A stretch of DNA of 64,000 nucleotides, from assembly GCA_023205875.1 (NCBI GenBank), contig CP060757.1, positions 62,001 to 126,000 of the forward strand, read 5' to 3'. Of the stretch, positions 19,857 to 31,900 are shown one piece after another; the first letter of the stretch is position 1; every line of letters starts with the position of its first letter. A program made the position numbers and the translations under genes. The notes under the pieces were generated by a model. That model ran no database searches and was not told where the DNA came from. It saw nothing but the letters and a program-made list of their open reading frames with translations. The DNA is from Chloropicon primus (taxonomy: Eukaryota).

Positions 19857-22800
19857 TCAGGGGCCGCTCAAGCAAGAGGAAGCGTCTTGGACGTAAGCCA
19901 AAGCCTCCTCCGGCGTCATGTGCGGAAGACTTGCGGCCTTGACGCGCTTCTTCATCCTCTCGGAAGTCTCCAGGCACGAGTCGTTCTTTCCGTAGCACGA
20001 GTACCTCAGGCTCTCCGCATAGAGTGCACACATCTTGGAGACGACTGCCTTGAATTTGCTCGTCGCCAGCGAGGTCTGCTGGAACTTGGTGAAGCACTCG
20101 AAAAAGCTTTCGTAGCTCAGCTCGGCGACTTGGCCCTGGCTGCCCTTCTCCATGATGGAGATGAACATCTGGTACAGAGAGAGCTCCTGCTGCTGGCCCT
20201 TGTGCAGGTCGCAGCTGTGCTCACCGAGGGCTTCCACTTTGGCCTTCAGATCAATGCACGAGAAAGGAACGAGGGCGTGGGAAAGCGCATTGCTTTCCCG
20301 CAGAAATGCTCTTGGACCCAGGACCTCCGAAAACACAGCAAAGGCCTCCGAGTGGGCCTCCGCTTCCATGTAAGCCTCGAACTCGAGCTCGTGCAGGTGG
20401 TTGTACTTGTACCAAAGGGCCTTGGTGCCGCTTATCCACTTGATGGGGATGCCCAACTTGTCAGTGAAAAAGCTCACCCTTTCCTGGTTATCAATCCACT
20501 GCGACACTGTCCTGTTCAGGATTTCACAGACAAAGGTCTCCCTCAAGTGCGGAAGCTTGGGCGAGTTGGGCACGTGCAGGGCAACGTACAGGATCCACTC
20601 TGGCCCGACTCCAAGGAACTGCAGTTGCAAGATGTACCCGATGTAGACGTGGAGCATCGACTCTTGGTCCTCCGGGTCTGCGGACTCAAAGTCCAACACG
20701 CCCAGTCCTTCCAGTATAGAGAGAATCAGCCAACTGAGAGAATAATCGAGAGCGTCCGTGGTGTAGCCCGACGTGTTCAGGAAGCCCTTGAGGTCAGGAC
20801 CATCCTTGGAGTCCAGGAACTTGAGAAGTTCGAACGCAGTGTCCGCTCTCTGTGTCCTGGCCTGCCTGCCACCAAATTCTGCGTGCATCGGCAACGGTTG
20901 CTTGACAATGCCGGTGCCCTGGAAGCCGAGGAAAGAGTGTATGCTGTTCTCGACAGGGTCTACTGCCGACTGCTCGTACCACATGATGCAAGCGAAAGCG
21001 CGCCTCCAATCCAAATCATGCTGGTGAAGAATGTTTTCCAGCTTCCCACTCAGAAGCTCGTACACGTGCATCCTCTGTTGCGCGATAAGGTCGTCCATGG
21101 AGTTGGACCTCCAAACTTCAAGCTGCTGGCTTATGTCCTCCTTCATGTGCATGTGGCATCCCGCCATCGAAATCAAAGAGGCCAACCTCGTGTCCTTGAG
21201 TGCAAGAGCTTGCTCGGTGGCTTCCCTGATGTCGTGCTTCGAAAGGCTCAAGATAACTTTCTCGAGGTCAGAAATCGCAGACGATTCAAGTTGCCTCCCG
21301 ACAGCCCACACGGAGTGGCGACGGAGCCACTGGCTGATTTTCTGCCTCCTCGCGATGTTGTATCCATCACCATCGTCACCCGCTCCAGCCGAATTTATTT
21401 GGGAGAAGATGCAAGCGAGGAGCCTCCATATTCCCAAGACGTGGATCCTGTGAATATCGTCATCCTCCTCAAACAGCTCCATCGCATCGACGTGCAGGTC
21501 GCACACGCTCTGCACGTTCTCATCCGTCACGTTCAGGACCTTCCTCTGCAAGGCTTTGCTAGGCATCCCCGCGACGGGGGAAAGAAAGTGGCATTCCATA
21601 TTCCGGCTGTCTCCCTCCTGAGGTTCTGGCGTGTTTTGCATGTGGACCTCAAGGTACTTTGTGCAAATCCTCTGCGCTCTATCAGCACTTTTCGAAGCAG
21701 GGCTGCTCAGTATGCTCCCCGTGGTTCTCTTCTCTGACACGACCCTCTCGATGCGAATCGAAGAAGCGTTCTGCTTGTTTTGCTTTGCTCCCATGCTCCA
21801 GAATCCGCTGTGGGCAAACTTCCCGTTTGGCCCCCAGCCCACTCGAAAGGATCGTCCGAGCATGGCCGCCGCGTCGGTGATTACGTTCGTGTTCCCACTC
21901 ACGCAGCTTTGGTTCACCTGGAAGCTCTCGACCTGGCAGTAGTTGACCATGTTTTTGACAGAAGGGCCATACGTCGTCGCTTCTGACATGTCTCCCTTGC
22001 CCACGTCACGCACTGCATTCATTTGGTATCCTACCAAAGGCGAAGGACTTCTCTTCCAGGAGTGGCTTGGAATCCTGGCAGAGGGCTTCGCTGGAGTTTC
22101 CTCCACTTCAATAACCGGCATTTCCTGCATCATCAAAATCTCTGACGGGTTCAACTGGGAGTCTATTGCCATCGCCTGCACGAGGTTCCTCTCATCCAGC
22201 TGGACAACTTTTCCGCCGGCTTCTGCTTCTTCCTCCGAGTCCGAATCATCAACAAATCCATCGTACTTGCTAAAGTGATTCACAGCAAAGGTGTATTCGC
22301 CTCCCTTTGGGTTGCGGCTGCTCACGCCCTGCTTGTACGAGATAAACTCCGCTCCTTGTGCCTGCGCTCTCATTTGAAGCTTCTTTTTGAACGCCTCTAC
22401 CTTTTCAGGGTCCTTGACAGGCTCTCCTGTGCTCTTTTCCACCTTGTGTACATTGAACAAAGTGATCTCAGCCGGTTTGTTGAGGCCTTCCCCTGGTGGC
22501 GGCTTTGCGATTCCGTTATCCATGTACACCCTGATCTCCTTATCACCGAATTGCACAACTTTATCGACAACCACATTTCTCAAGTCCACGGGATCCTTGT
22601 ATCTCAACTCCCCGTAACCCTTTCTTCCAACCAAAAAGTTTGGCACGGCTTCCAAGTACGTGGGATCAGACTTGGCCCACCTCGCAAGGTCATCTATGGA
22701 TGGCTCGGAATAATATTCCCGGCTTTGTATGGAGGGCAAAAGCAATGCGCGCCTTTCAACGCTAACCCCGCTGAGCATGACTGGCGTTGCTGGAGACTTT

Positions 22801-25619
22801 GCGTACGCCGAGTCAGGTGACAGGAAGTTCAATTCCTTGGACGCACTTCCATTCAGGGCAGAGGCAGATCGGCCGTTCAAGTGACCGCCCTTGGTCTGCG
22901 ATGTCGGTTTCGACTGCTTGGCAATTGATGACGACGGCATTGTAAGCGGGCTCTTCATTGAATCGGACATCGACAAAGATTTCGCAGAGAAGGGACTCAC
23001 GACTGGGTCCCTCACAAACAATTTTCTTGGGTTTTCCCTCGCCACGATGACACTGTCTTCTATCGGTGTGCTGGGTCTAGGGCTCTCGGTCCTGTTCAGC
23101 ATCTTCTGCTGAGGCGGATACAGGCCTCCACTTGCCTGTGAGTTTGGTGCCCCTGGACTACGGCGGGGCCTCATGCGTATGGCCGATCTTGGCGTGATGA
23201 GCCTTGGGCTCAGCATCGTGTGCGCCGTCCTTGACGCCGATGCTATTCCGCTGACATTTGTCTTGCTGGAATCCGCATCTGCCGTTACAGTGGGAGTCAG
23301 CGCTGCTTTTGGTGCAGGCAATTGGGGCAGCTGACCGTAAGGGGTCGCGGCGTTGGGCGTTGGTCCCGCAGTGGCAGGGGTTGCCCCTCCCACACCAAAG
23401 AGGGATGGGCTCGCCGGGTTCGCGAGGCCCGGCGTCGTCAGCCCACCAAGGGTGGATGCCGAAGACGAGAAGAGCGACGCGCTAGACTGGCCGAATCCTC
23501 CCGCGCCAGCAAAAGAGAAGCTCGGTGTGCTGGCTCCCAGAGCTGCTGGTGTTGGGGACAGCCCCAGAGCGGGCTGTGTCCCAAATGCCGCGCTGGACAT
23601 AAATGGCTTGGAGGCACCGAGGTTTCCAAAAATTCCTGTGGATGGAGCACTCGCTCCAGGAGCAGCCCCCAAGGCCCCAAAGGACGCGGTGGACGCGGCC
23701 CCGAACATTCCGCCTGAAGCGGGGGTGGCCCCGAACATTCCACCCGAGGCCCCGAAACCTGGAGCAGGCATCCCTGCCCCCAGGGCTGGCTGGGAAGAAA
23801 AGGATGCTCCAAACGTACTTGCTCCTGTGGTTGCTGCCCCGAACATGCCTGTGCTAGCACCCAGGGTCGTCGCCGCGGAGCTGAAACCTCCGAAACCCGG
23901 GGTGCCTGCAGGTGCAGATGCTCCCGCGCCAAAGCCACCAAAGCTAGGTGCGCTAGCAGCACCACCAAGGCCGAAGCCTGGGGCACTTGCCGCGGGAGCA
24001 GCGCCGAAAGCCCCCGGAGCAGCACCAAAAGCCGGCGCGGATGTTGGTGCCCCAAACGCAGGCGTGCTTCCCATGGCCCCAAATGCTCCCCCGGTTGAGG
24101 CCCCGAAACCACCTCCGAAAGCAGGGGAAGACGCTGCTGCGCCAAATGCAGGCGTGCTTCCCATGGCGCCGAACGCTCCCGCGGCGGGTGCCTGCGTGCC
24201 CCCAAACGCCCCTCCAAAGCTCGGGGAGGACGCGGCTCCAAACGCCGGGGCGGAAGCTTGCATTCCGAATGCTCCTCCCCCACCAAAGGCTCCCGCCGAG
24301 GCGGGTGCGGCGCCAAAGGCCGGGGCGGCCTGGGACGCTCCAAAAGCTGGGGCCGAGGAGGCCCCAAAGCCTCCTCCTCCAAACGCGGAACCTCCCGCAG
24401 GAGAGACGGAGCCGCCAAAACCAGCATTAGGGGTACCAAAACCACTCCCCGAAGATCCAAACGGGGAGTTGGAGGAGCCCCCAAAGGCGGACTGCGAGCT
24501 CGCGCCCCCAAAGGCTCCCGTAGCACCACCGAAAGATCCACCTGGGGAGGATCCCACGTTCCCTTTGACTCCCTGCTTGTAGTCCTCGAACCTGAGCTCC
24601 TCCACGCTCTTTTGCCTGTACGCAGACATTGCGGTGATGGTGACAAACTTGCCGGTCTGGCCGCCATAGCCGCTCCCCAAGCTGTCCGTTTCCCTGGTCA
24701 CCTGGTACGGGACGCTCCTGCGCGGGGAGAGAGAGAGTGAGTGAGGACAAGTGCGGAAACAGCACGAAAACAAGAGTCAGTGGCGCGCGTTCTGCCAAAG
24801 AATGCTGTGCTCCTCGTATCTGTCCGTGAGGCTATCTTCTACCCCACGGTCTTCAGTCAGGAGCCGAGTTGACATCAATGTACATGACCCTCTGGGCAAG
24901 CCCACGTTTCCTGGCCGTCTGGCTTGAAGGTGAGCAAACTCCGCACGCACGAGCGTGCAAAGTCTTGAGGTGTCACGAGAGATTCACGATCCGCATGCGT
25001 TCCAAGTCAAGCGAAGCGAAGTGTCCCTTACCTTGTGCCCTGCTGGCCCGCTCCAGGGCTCTGCTGGTTCCCACCAAAGCCAGACGAGGGTGCACCAAAG
25101 GGGCTCGGACTTGCCGCGTTCCCACCGAACGAACTCCCCCCGCCGAAGCTTCCTCCTTGAGGGGATCCCCCGAAAGCGCTAGGCGTCGTCGTCGTCGCTC
25201 CGAAACCTCCGCCACCGAAACCAGCCTGCGTCGCTCCCGTCGCTGCCATTCCATTCCATTCCGAAAAGAAAAAAGAAAAAGATCAAAACCCGTTCGTTTC
25301 GTCAGTAACTGCATCCCGTCGCGAGGCGAGGCATCGTCGAGCTCCCGTAGCTCCGCTCGATCGAATCCGCGTGCGTCGTACCTACGAAGCCTCCCGACCC
25401 AAACGAAGGCGAGGACGAAGCGCCGAAGGCTGGCCTCTGTTGGTTCGCATTCGATGCACCGAAGCCACCTCCACCGAAAGTGTTCGCGGCTGGCGCGCCG
25501 AACGAGGAGTTCTGCGCACCGCCGAAGGGCGTGTTGGTCTGCGCTCCGCCGCCGAAGGGGGTGGCTTGAGGCTGCTGCTGCCCGAAGGGCGTCCCTCCCC
25601 CGCCGAAACCGAACGCCAT
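19857..25619 (-). CDS. NUP98: Nucleoporin NUP98-NUP96 precursor; exons 25619-25382, 25242-25032, 24717-19857
   Basis: FG repeats, GLEBS motif 'ITAMSAYRQKSVEELRFEDY', autoprotease domain ('KPPPGEGLNKPAEITL') ending 'HFSKY', then Nup96 region ('MLGRSFRVGWGP', 'LDWRRAF...WY'). Confidence 0.95.
24803..24976 (-). ncRNA. Candidate intronic H/ACA scaRNA guiding U2 snRNA pseudouridylation
   Basis: In NUP98 intron 2 (sense strand): lower stem GCTCCT/AGGAGC, pocket strands GACTGAAGA and ACAGATACG, upper stem CCGTGGGGT/GCCTCACGG, ACA box (24806-24808) 15 nt from the upper stem. The pocket is complementary to U2 GUAUCUGU-UC-UUNUCAGU. Confidence 0.65.
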
Positions 25620-25662
25620 GGCCTCCTCTCTTCAATGGCCCTCCCTCCACAATCGCCGCAAT

Positions 25663-25672
25663 CGCGGGAAAA
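25663..25672 (-). promoter_or_regulatory. E2F-like site upstream of NUP98
   Basis: Minus strand TTTTCCCGCG, ~45 bp upstream of the ATG. Confidence 0.4.
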
Positions 25673-25689
25673 TCTGTGACCCACATCAG

Positions 25690-25835
25690 AGCAGGAGGGC
25701 GATGGCGATGGCGATGGCGATGGCGATGGTGGATTGGATGGTGATGAGGAGGGAAAGGGCAAAGGCGGGTGGCACGGATGGATCAACTGATTCTTCTCGT
25801 CGTGATCTTTCCAAAGAGCCCTCGCTCGAAAAGGG
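25690..25835 (-). repeat. Dispersed ~140 bp upstream element, copy 2 (before NUP98)
   Basis: Reverse complement of 25800-25827 is identical to 3713-3740; flanking similarity continues toward the gene. Confidence 0.8.
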
Positions 25836-25935
25836 GAGGCATCATGGTGGGGGTGGAGACGATGGATGATGGTACAGTATGATTGTACATGATACACGAA
25901 AGGGTTTGTTGTTATTGTTGTTGTTGTTCATGGTG

Positions 25936-28900
25936 TTACATCATGAGGTCGTAGCCGTGCAAGCCCACCTTGACTTTTGATCTGCGGGGAAGGAAGGTGT
26001 ACAGACCGTTGTCCACCTGCCACAAAGTCAGAGGCCACCGCTCCTTGTCGCTGGCGATCCCAGACCAAGCCGGGGAGTCGTAGGTCGTCGTCTCGTACAA
26101 GAGTTCCGTCTTCACGCACCTGATGGAGTCCTTGGAAGGTTCCGTGTTTCCGACCTCGACCACGCAGCCCAAAGCGGTGTACCCCTCGGGCGGGACGGGA
26201 ATCCAAAAGGCGGAAGGAGAAGATTTCCCCTTCTTGGTGTCCCTCCACTCCAAGTTGAACGACAACGGCTTGGCTAGCCACGAGTGCCCCTGGTACTCCC
26301 CCTCCCGCCCCACCAAGGTGTGGTGGGGCGGCGGGTCCGTGCCGTAGGAAACGACATCGCCGAGCGAGTAGTAACCGCCCGGGCACCGCGCTCTCCAAAC
26401 GCTGACCACGCCGGAAGAGTTGCCGCTCGCGTAGTTCCCGCTGTGCCACACAAGCTCAAAGTTCGAGTTCTTTTTGCACATTTCCGCCTCGGCCTTGTCC
26501 GGCTCCCCCTCGCCCTCTCCCGCCTCCGGGAGGGCGAGGAGAATGTCGGGCTTGTGCAAGGCATCCTGGTACTCCTGCCTCTTCTTGAAAATCATTTCCT
26601 GCAAACGCCTCGCTTGGTTTTGCTTGGGGAAGCAATGGACGTCCCTCTGAAACTTTTGGGACTGGAACGTGAACTTCTTGCCCATGTTCGCGCTCAAGAT
26701 GACTCTGAGGACGCGGGGGTTATCAGAAGTACTGTCGACGATCTCAACCGACAAGATGTCCAGGAATTGGGCGTGCCAAGCAATTTTCGCGCCCTCCAGC
26801 CTTCCTCGCTTCAATATCAAGGACAGCACCCTTTGGTCGGTGATGATCAGGACTCTGTCGGACGGCAGGGGCTCGTGGTGCTCGTAAACGTCGCTTGCGA
26901 AGGGGTTCAGCTCACTCGTCAGCTCAAGCTCCTCGATGTTCGCAGACATAACGCTCGTCCTAAACATGTGTTGGCCTTGGGCCGTGTATGCGTTGTAAGG
27001 TCGAAGGATCTTGTCGCCACGGAAGGCTCTGGGGTAGCGGAGCCTGGTCTTCGTGACTTCTGCGATGGACTTCACACCGTCAATGGTGGCCAAGCCCCCT
27101 TCCACGCTTTTTGAGACCATATCAAGAGCCCCACTGAGTGGCTTCGTGGCCACACCAATGATGCCCTTTGCAAAACCTTTAGCGAAGCCCTTTGCGCCTT
27201 CCTTCTTGGCGCCCTGTATAGGCTTCGTGAAGATTCCGGAGATTCCGGACACAAGTCCCTTGGCGAGAGACTCTCCCCCACTGACGAGTCCGTCCGCGAG
27301 GTCATCCACGGGACCCGTCTTCCTCGATCGAGAATTCTCGAATTTATCGTCCAGCGAAAGCGTCGCCGCGGCACTCGCGATGGAAGAAATCGCGCCCGTC
27401 GTCACGTTTGACACCGTGTTCAACGAGATGCCACTCAAGAGCATCGGCAGGATCTGCTTGGAGAAATCCCTCGATATCCTGGAAGAGAGGACCCTCATGA
27501 AGACGGACTGCTTTAGCTTCAAGTTGCGGATCTCCCAGCTCTTCAAGATGCTTATCGGCAACTTTTCAATGTTGGCAAAGTTCAAGCCAAACTTGCTCAC
27601 CATGTTCAAGTTCTTTGGCCTGGACTTTGCATCCGTCTGGAAGCTGATGTGCGCGTGCAGGCCAGCAACGGTCAGGACGTCGATCTGCATGTTCGGATCT
27701 GCGTAGGCATCTGCCCTGGTCTCCAGCTTGTCGAGGCTGATGCTCTGGGCAAAGCCGAGGATTTCCCAGACAAACTTCTCGTAAATTTCTACCTCGATCG
27801 GTCTGCCGACGCGAAGTTCAGAATAACTCACGTGCAGACTCTTTTCGCTGCCTTTCAGCTGGTGCAGCACAAGAGACAAGAACGGCTTCATGCGGCTGTC
27901 CTTTTTGCAAGTAATCGCAGCAGGGCAAGGGGTGATCGAAAGCATATCATCCAGCTCGATGTCTTGGACGTGCAAGCTCGTGATGACCTTCTCGTTGTTC
28001 ATCCCGATGCCATCACAGAAAGACAAGTTGATGCCTTTCACTGTGAGGAGAGCCACCTCTCTAGGAAGCGAGTTCACAATGGACACGTCGATGTACTCTG
28101 CACAGAACTCAAACTTGAATTCAGTGTGCTTTGGAGACGCATAGATCTTGGCCCTCGCACCGTTGCCCTTCAACTCGAAGACCTGGGAAAGCACGAGCTT
28201 CACACCCTGCCTGCTTGTCACCAAGGACGCCGCGCACTCTCCAGGGAAAGAGTTAATGGGCAGGGGATGGAGCTTCCTCGTCCTTCCTTTCACGCTCTGC
28301 TTCTCGTCAAGGTGTAATTCACTCTCGTCGTCCTCCTGCTCCATGGAGAAGTTCTTTCCCTCGCTTGAATCTGTCCACAAGGTGTACACTCTCGCGGGCG
28401 CATCTTTTGCCTTCACCTCCACGGACACAATGCCGCTGGCTCTCGCTCCAGAGTCCGTTTTGTAGGTGAAGGACGGGACATACGAGGCTCTAGGCTCGAT
28501 CTCCACCCACGACGCTTTCGGGTCGTACGCTTTCTTGCACATGATGCTCTCAGAGAAGAAGTTCACGATGCTGTAAGGCGGCATGAATTCGAGCCTGTTG
28601 AAGGAGGCAAAGACGACGTGCAAGCATCCCGGCGACACCATGGTCGTCTTGATGGCGAGTATCCTCGCACAATCTAGGTCATCCGACTCGAGAATCAGGT
28701 TCGTGTTCGGGCCGTTTGGATACCTCACCTCCATGAATTCACTCCACAGATAGCCATCAATCTTGACGGCCATCTTCATCTGATCTCTGTCCGCAGAATG
28801 GACTTCAATCTCCCTCGCATCGATTTCCACGTGCAGTGAAGCGCTCTCCCTGCCCTTGCCAGTGCAAATGAACAGCTCCTTTCCAGTCAGGTTCGAGCAC

Positions 28901-31900
28901 ATGACGTGAGGCTTGCAAAGGACCATCGTCGTGGGAGCCAGGGCATGCATTTGGACCGTGAGAGTGACATGGTACACCAGGCTAGAGTAAGGGCAGTATG
29001 CCTTGAGAAGCACAACATCCCCTCCTGGCGCAAGCACTATGCTCTGGGCAGAAAAACAAGAGTCCTTAACGGCGATGCGGAAGCCAGATTTCCCAGAGCC
29101 CTTCAAGGACGACATCAACTCGCTCTTCCCCGGCAGCACAATTTGCCGCTGAGCGTGTCCCTTCTGGATTTCGCTGCCGTCCGCCGTGATTACTCTGATG
29201 GCGGAGGTGCTCAGCTCCTCGTACTCACTCGAGTCCGGAACAATGCAGAAACAGACAGGAACGCGCGTCCCGTTATCAATGCAATGCTCTGACCAAATTT
29301 TCACGGTGAACGGATAGGGGAACTTCGGATAGACCCTTGTTCTTGTCATGTGAAGAGTGAGAGCACTCTTGTCCTTGGTAAGCGTGAATCTCGTGGACTT
29401 TGGTTCATCCTTGTCCTGCATCTCTCTGTCTTCCAGAACCATCGGGTCCTTTCCTTTGGTCCACTCCCAGCCTTCCGGAATGAACGCCATGGCGAGCAAC
29501 TTCCGTGGATCTACTTTGAGCTCATCCAAAACGGTGTGCGGTTTGATCCGCTCTTTGATCTTCAAGGCAGACGACATTCCCCGGTAAGCCTTTTGCTGCT
29601 CCCAGACACTCACGGCAGCTTCGACGTTGGTGCAGTTTTCAATTGAGATTGCTGGGGAGATAGCTATTTTCCAATCTGTCACGGTATCAAAGTAAGTGGA
29701 CAACTCGATGCCTTCGCTGCTAATGCAGAACAATGCCGGGTCGTTCTCGTTATCCACGTCCTCGATCATGTTTTGAGCGCAAGCCATGAGCTGCGAAGTT
29801 TCTTGCATCGAGCCGAGGCTCAAAATATTTTCAGACCTGGCAGATACAAGGATGCTCCAGTTGAATATTTTCTTCGTCGGGTCGCCGGGAAGGCAGTCGC
29901 TCGGGCGCCACACAAGCTCAAGGATAGACCCCACGGCACAAAACTTCTTCGGCAGCACAAGTTGATCTCTTGGCTTGAGAGTTCCAATTTCGATCACGCT
30001 GTTATTCTCGGCACTTATGACCGCAATCTCCTCATCCGTCAGCGTCGTGTGCTTGCAGTACCTAATGAAGCACCTCGAGCGCACAGAATCAGTTATGCCT
30101 TTGCTCCTTGCACTCTTCGGGGGCGGGTACTGGAAGTTGTCAAAATTTTTGTAGTAACACCAGCCGTTACTGTCAACGTACGGGACTTTCCTGGGCATCC
30201 ACTCCCCGCACCACTCCCAGCCCAAAGGCAGCGCGAGCTTCGGAAACTCGATCGAGGACAGAGGTTTGCCATAGAACGTGCTGTACTTGCCTCTCTTCTC
30301 CTTTCCTAGAGATACTCCCCAGCCTTCGGCCACATTGAAGCGCTCATTCTCGAACACGGAAACAAAGTACTTCCCGTCAACTGGATCGTGGTCACCCTCC
30401 ACCTCGAACACGTTCAAGTCCGTTGGAATGATCTTTTTAACCCCCACATCGAACGATGTCTGAGAAGAGTTGTACACTTGGACATTGCTCCGGAATCTCT
30501 CCAGACGCCTCCCGGCAATCAGATTGCTTTCCATGATCATGTCACCAGCTCCAACCTTCAGGGGAGAGATCGTTCCATATGAGCTCATCTGCGAGAAGCG
30601 CTGGTTTCTTTCAACTTCAACATGCTTCACCTTGCTCAGTGGTATCCAAGGCCCTTTGTCTGTCGCGCCAATGAACGTCTCGGGACTCGAAGCGTTCTGT
30701 GTGTCGGTGCTCACCCTCTTTAGAGGCAAATCGATTCCAAAGGAGATGAACAACTTTTTGCCGGATGTTTGCGCTCGATCCGTCAAAGGCACGGGATAAT
30801 CTTTTTGCCTCACTTGGTGAGGAGATTCCTTCAGTATCGGATAAGATACGGTTGCAACCACTTTGCGGGTCTCCGCAATATTTCTGCGAGCCTTCCATAT
30901 TCTCAAGGTGATGTTCAAAATGTCTTTCTCAGCCAGCTCATCGTTCGCGAGCAATTTCTTTACGGCTTCCGGAAGGGGGATCAACAGCACTTCATTGCAG
31001 TCAAAAGATCCATCGTCAAAACCTTGGAAGAGCCTCGAGCCAATGAATGACGTGAGCACCTGTTCGTTGTATTCGAGGGCCGCGTCAATAGCGTAAAGCA
31101 TATTTGGCTCATCCTTCAAGCTCCCATGCAGGTTTTCAATTTTCACTCGCGCGTAAAGGTTCTCCTGGTCGATCGTGTTTTTCTTCCTCAAGTGCTGGGG
31201 CACATTGAAGGGCTGGAGGAAATCCTGCTTTGCCAATGAGGAATTCACCTTTTCCACCTTCGTCGTCCCGTTGCTGTACTGCAGAAGAAAGTAGAAGTCA
31301 CTTCCGGTCTCATTGGTGACAGTCGTGTTCAGACAATTCAAATCCTGGTTCATGAACAAACTTCCACTCCTTGTCATGTCACTCCATTCGGCCAGCAAAG
31401 ACAGCATGGATTCCAAACACGCATGGGCAATTGTGCAGTGTATGGTCGAAGTTGGCGCCAAGTAGATCCCCAGTGCCCCCGGGAGCGAGACGGAACCGAA
31501 TTCGCTGGACGCCATTCTGATCTTGAGAATCATCTCAGTTTTCTCAAGAATTGGTTCCCAGCTGAGCAAGTTGGAATTGTACGAAGAGAGCGAGACCCCG
31601 AAAGTGCACATGGCATTGCTCTTCTTCTTCTTTCCCTCCATGCTCACGAGAATATCCACAAGCTGGACCTCGAATTTCGGTGTCTGTACCGAGTCCGAGA
31701 CTGTCAGGCTTATGTTTCCGCACTTTGTTGTCACAACCATGCTCTTGTCCTCCTCCTCGTGGTCTGAATCCTTGAAGTCTACCACCCACGAGTCATCCGG
31801 CAGCATCTTGCTGCTGCTGATGACGAAAGACTTTTCGGGTCCATTGAAGGTGAACAGATACAGCGTCTGCTCCGAGAATTTGAGGTCAACTTGGTCGAAA

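Noticed and set aside
19821..21737. 638-aa plus-strand ORF antisense to NUP96, and similar long antisense ORFs at 4657-6342, 10824-12134, 23353-24582 and 47164-48621
   Set aside because: Shadow ORFs expected from high GC3 codon usage on the opposite strand; no recognisable domains.
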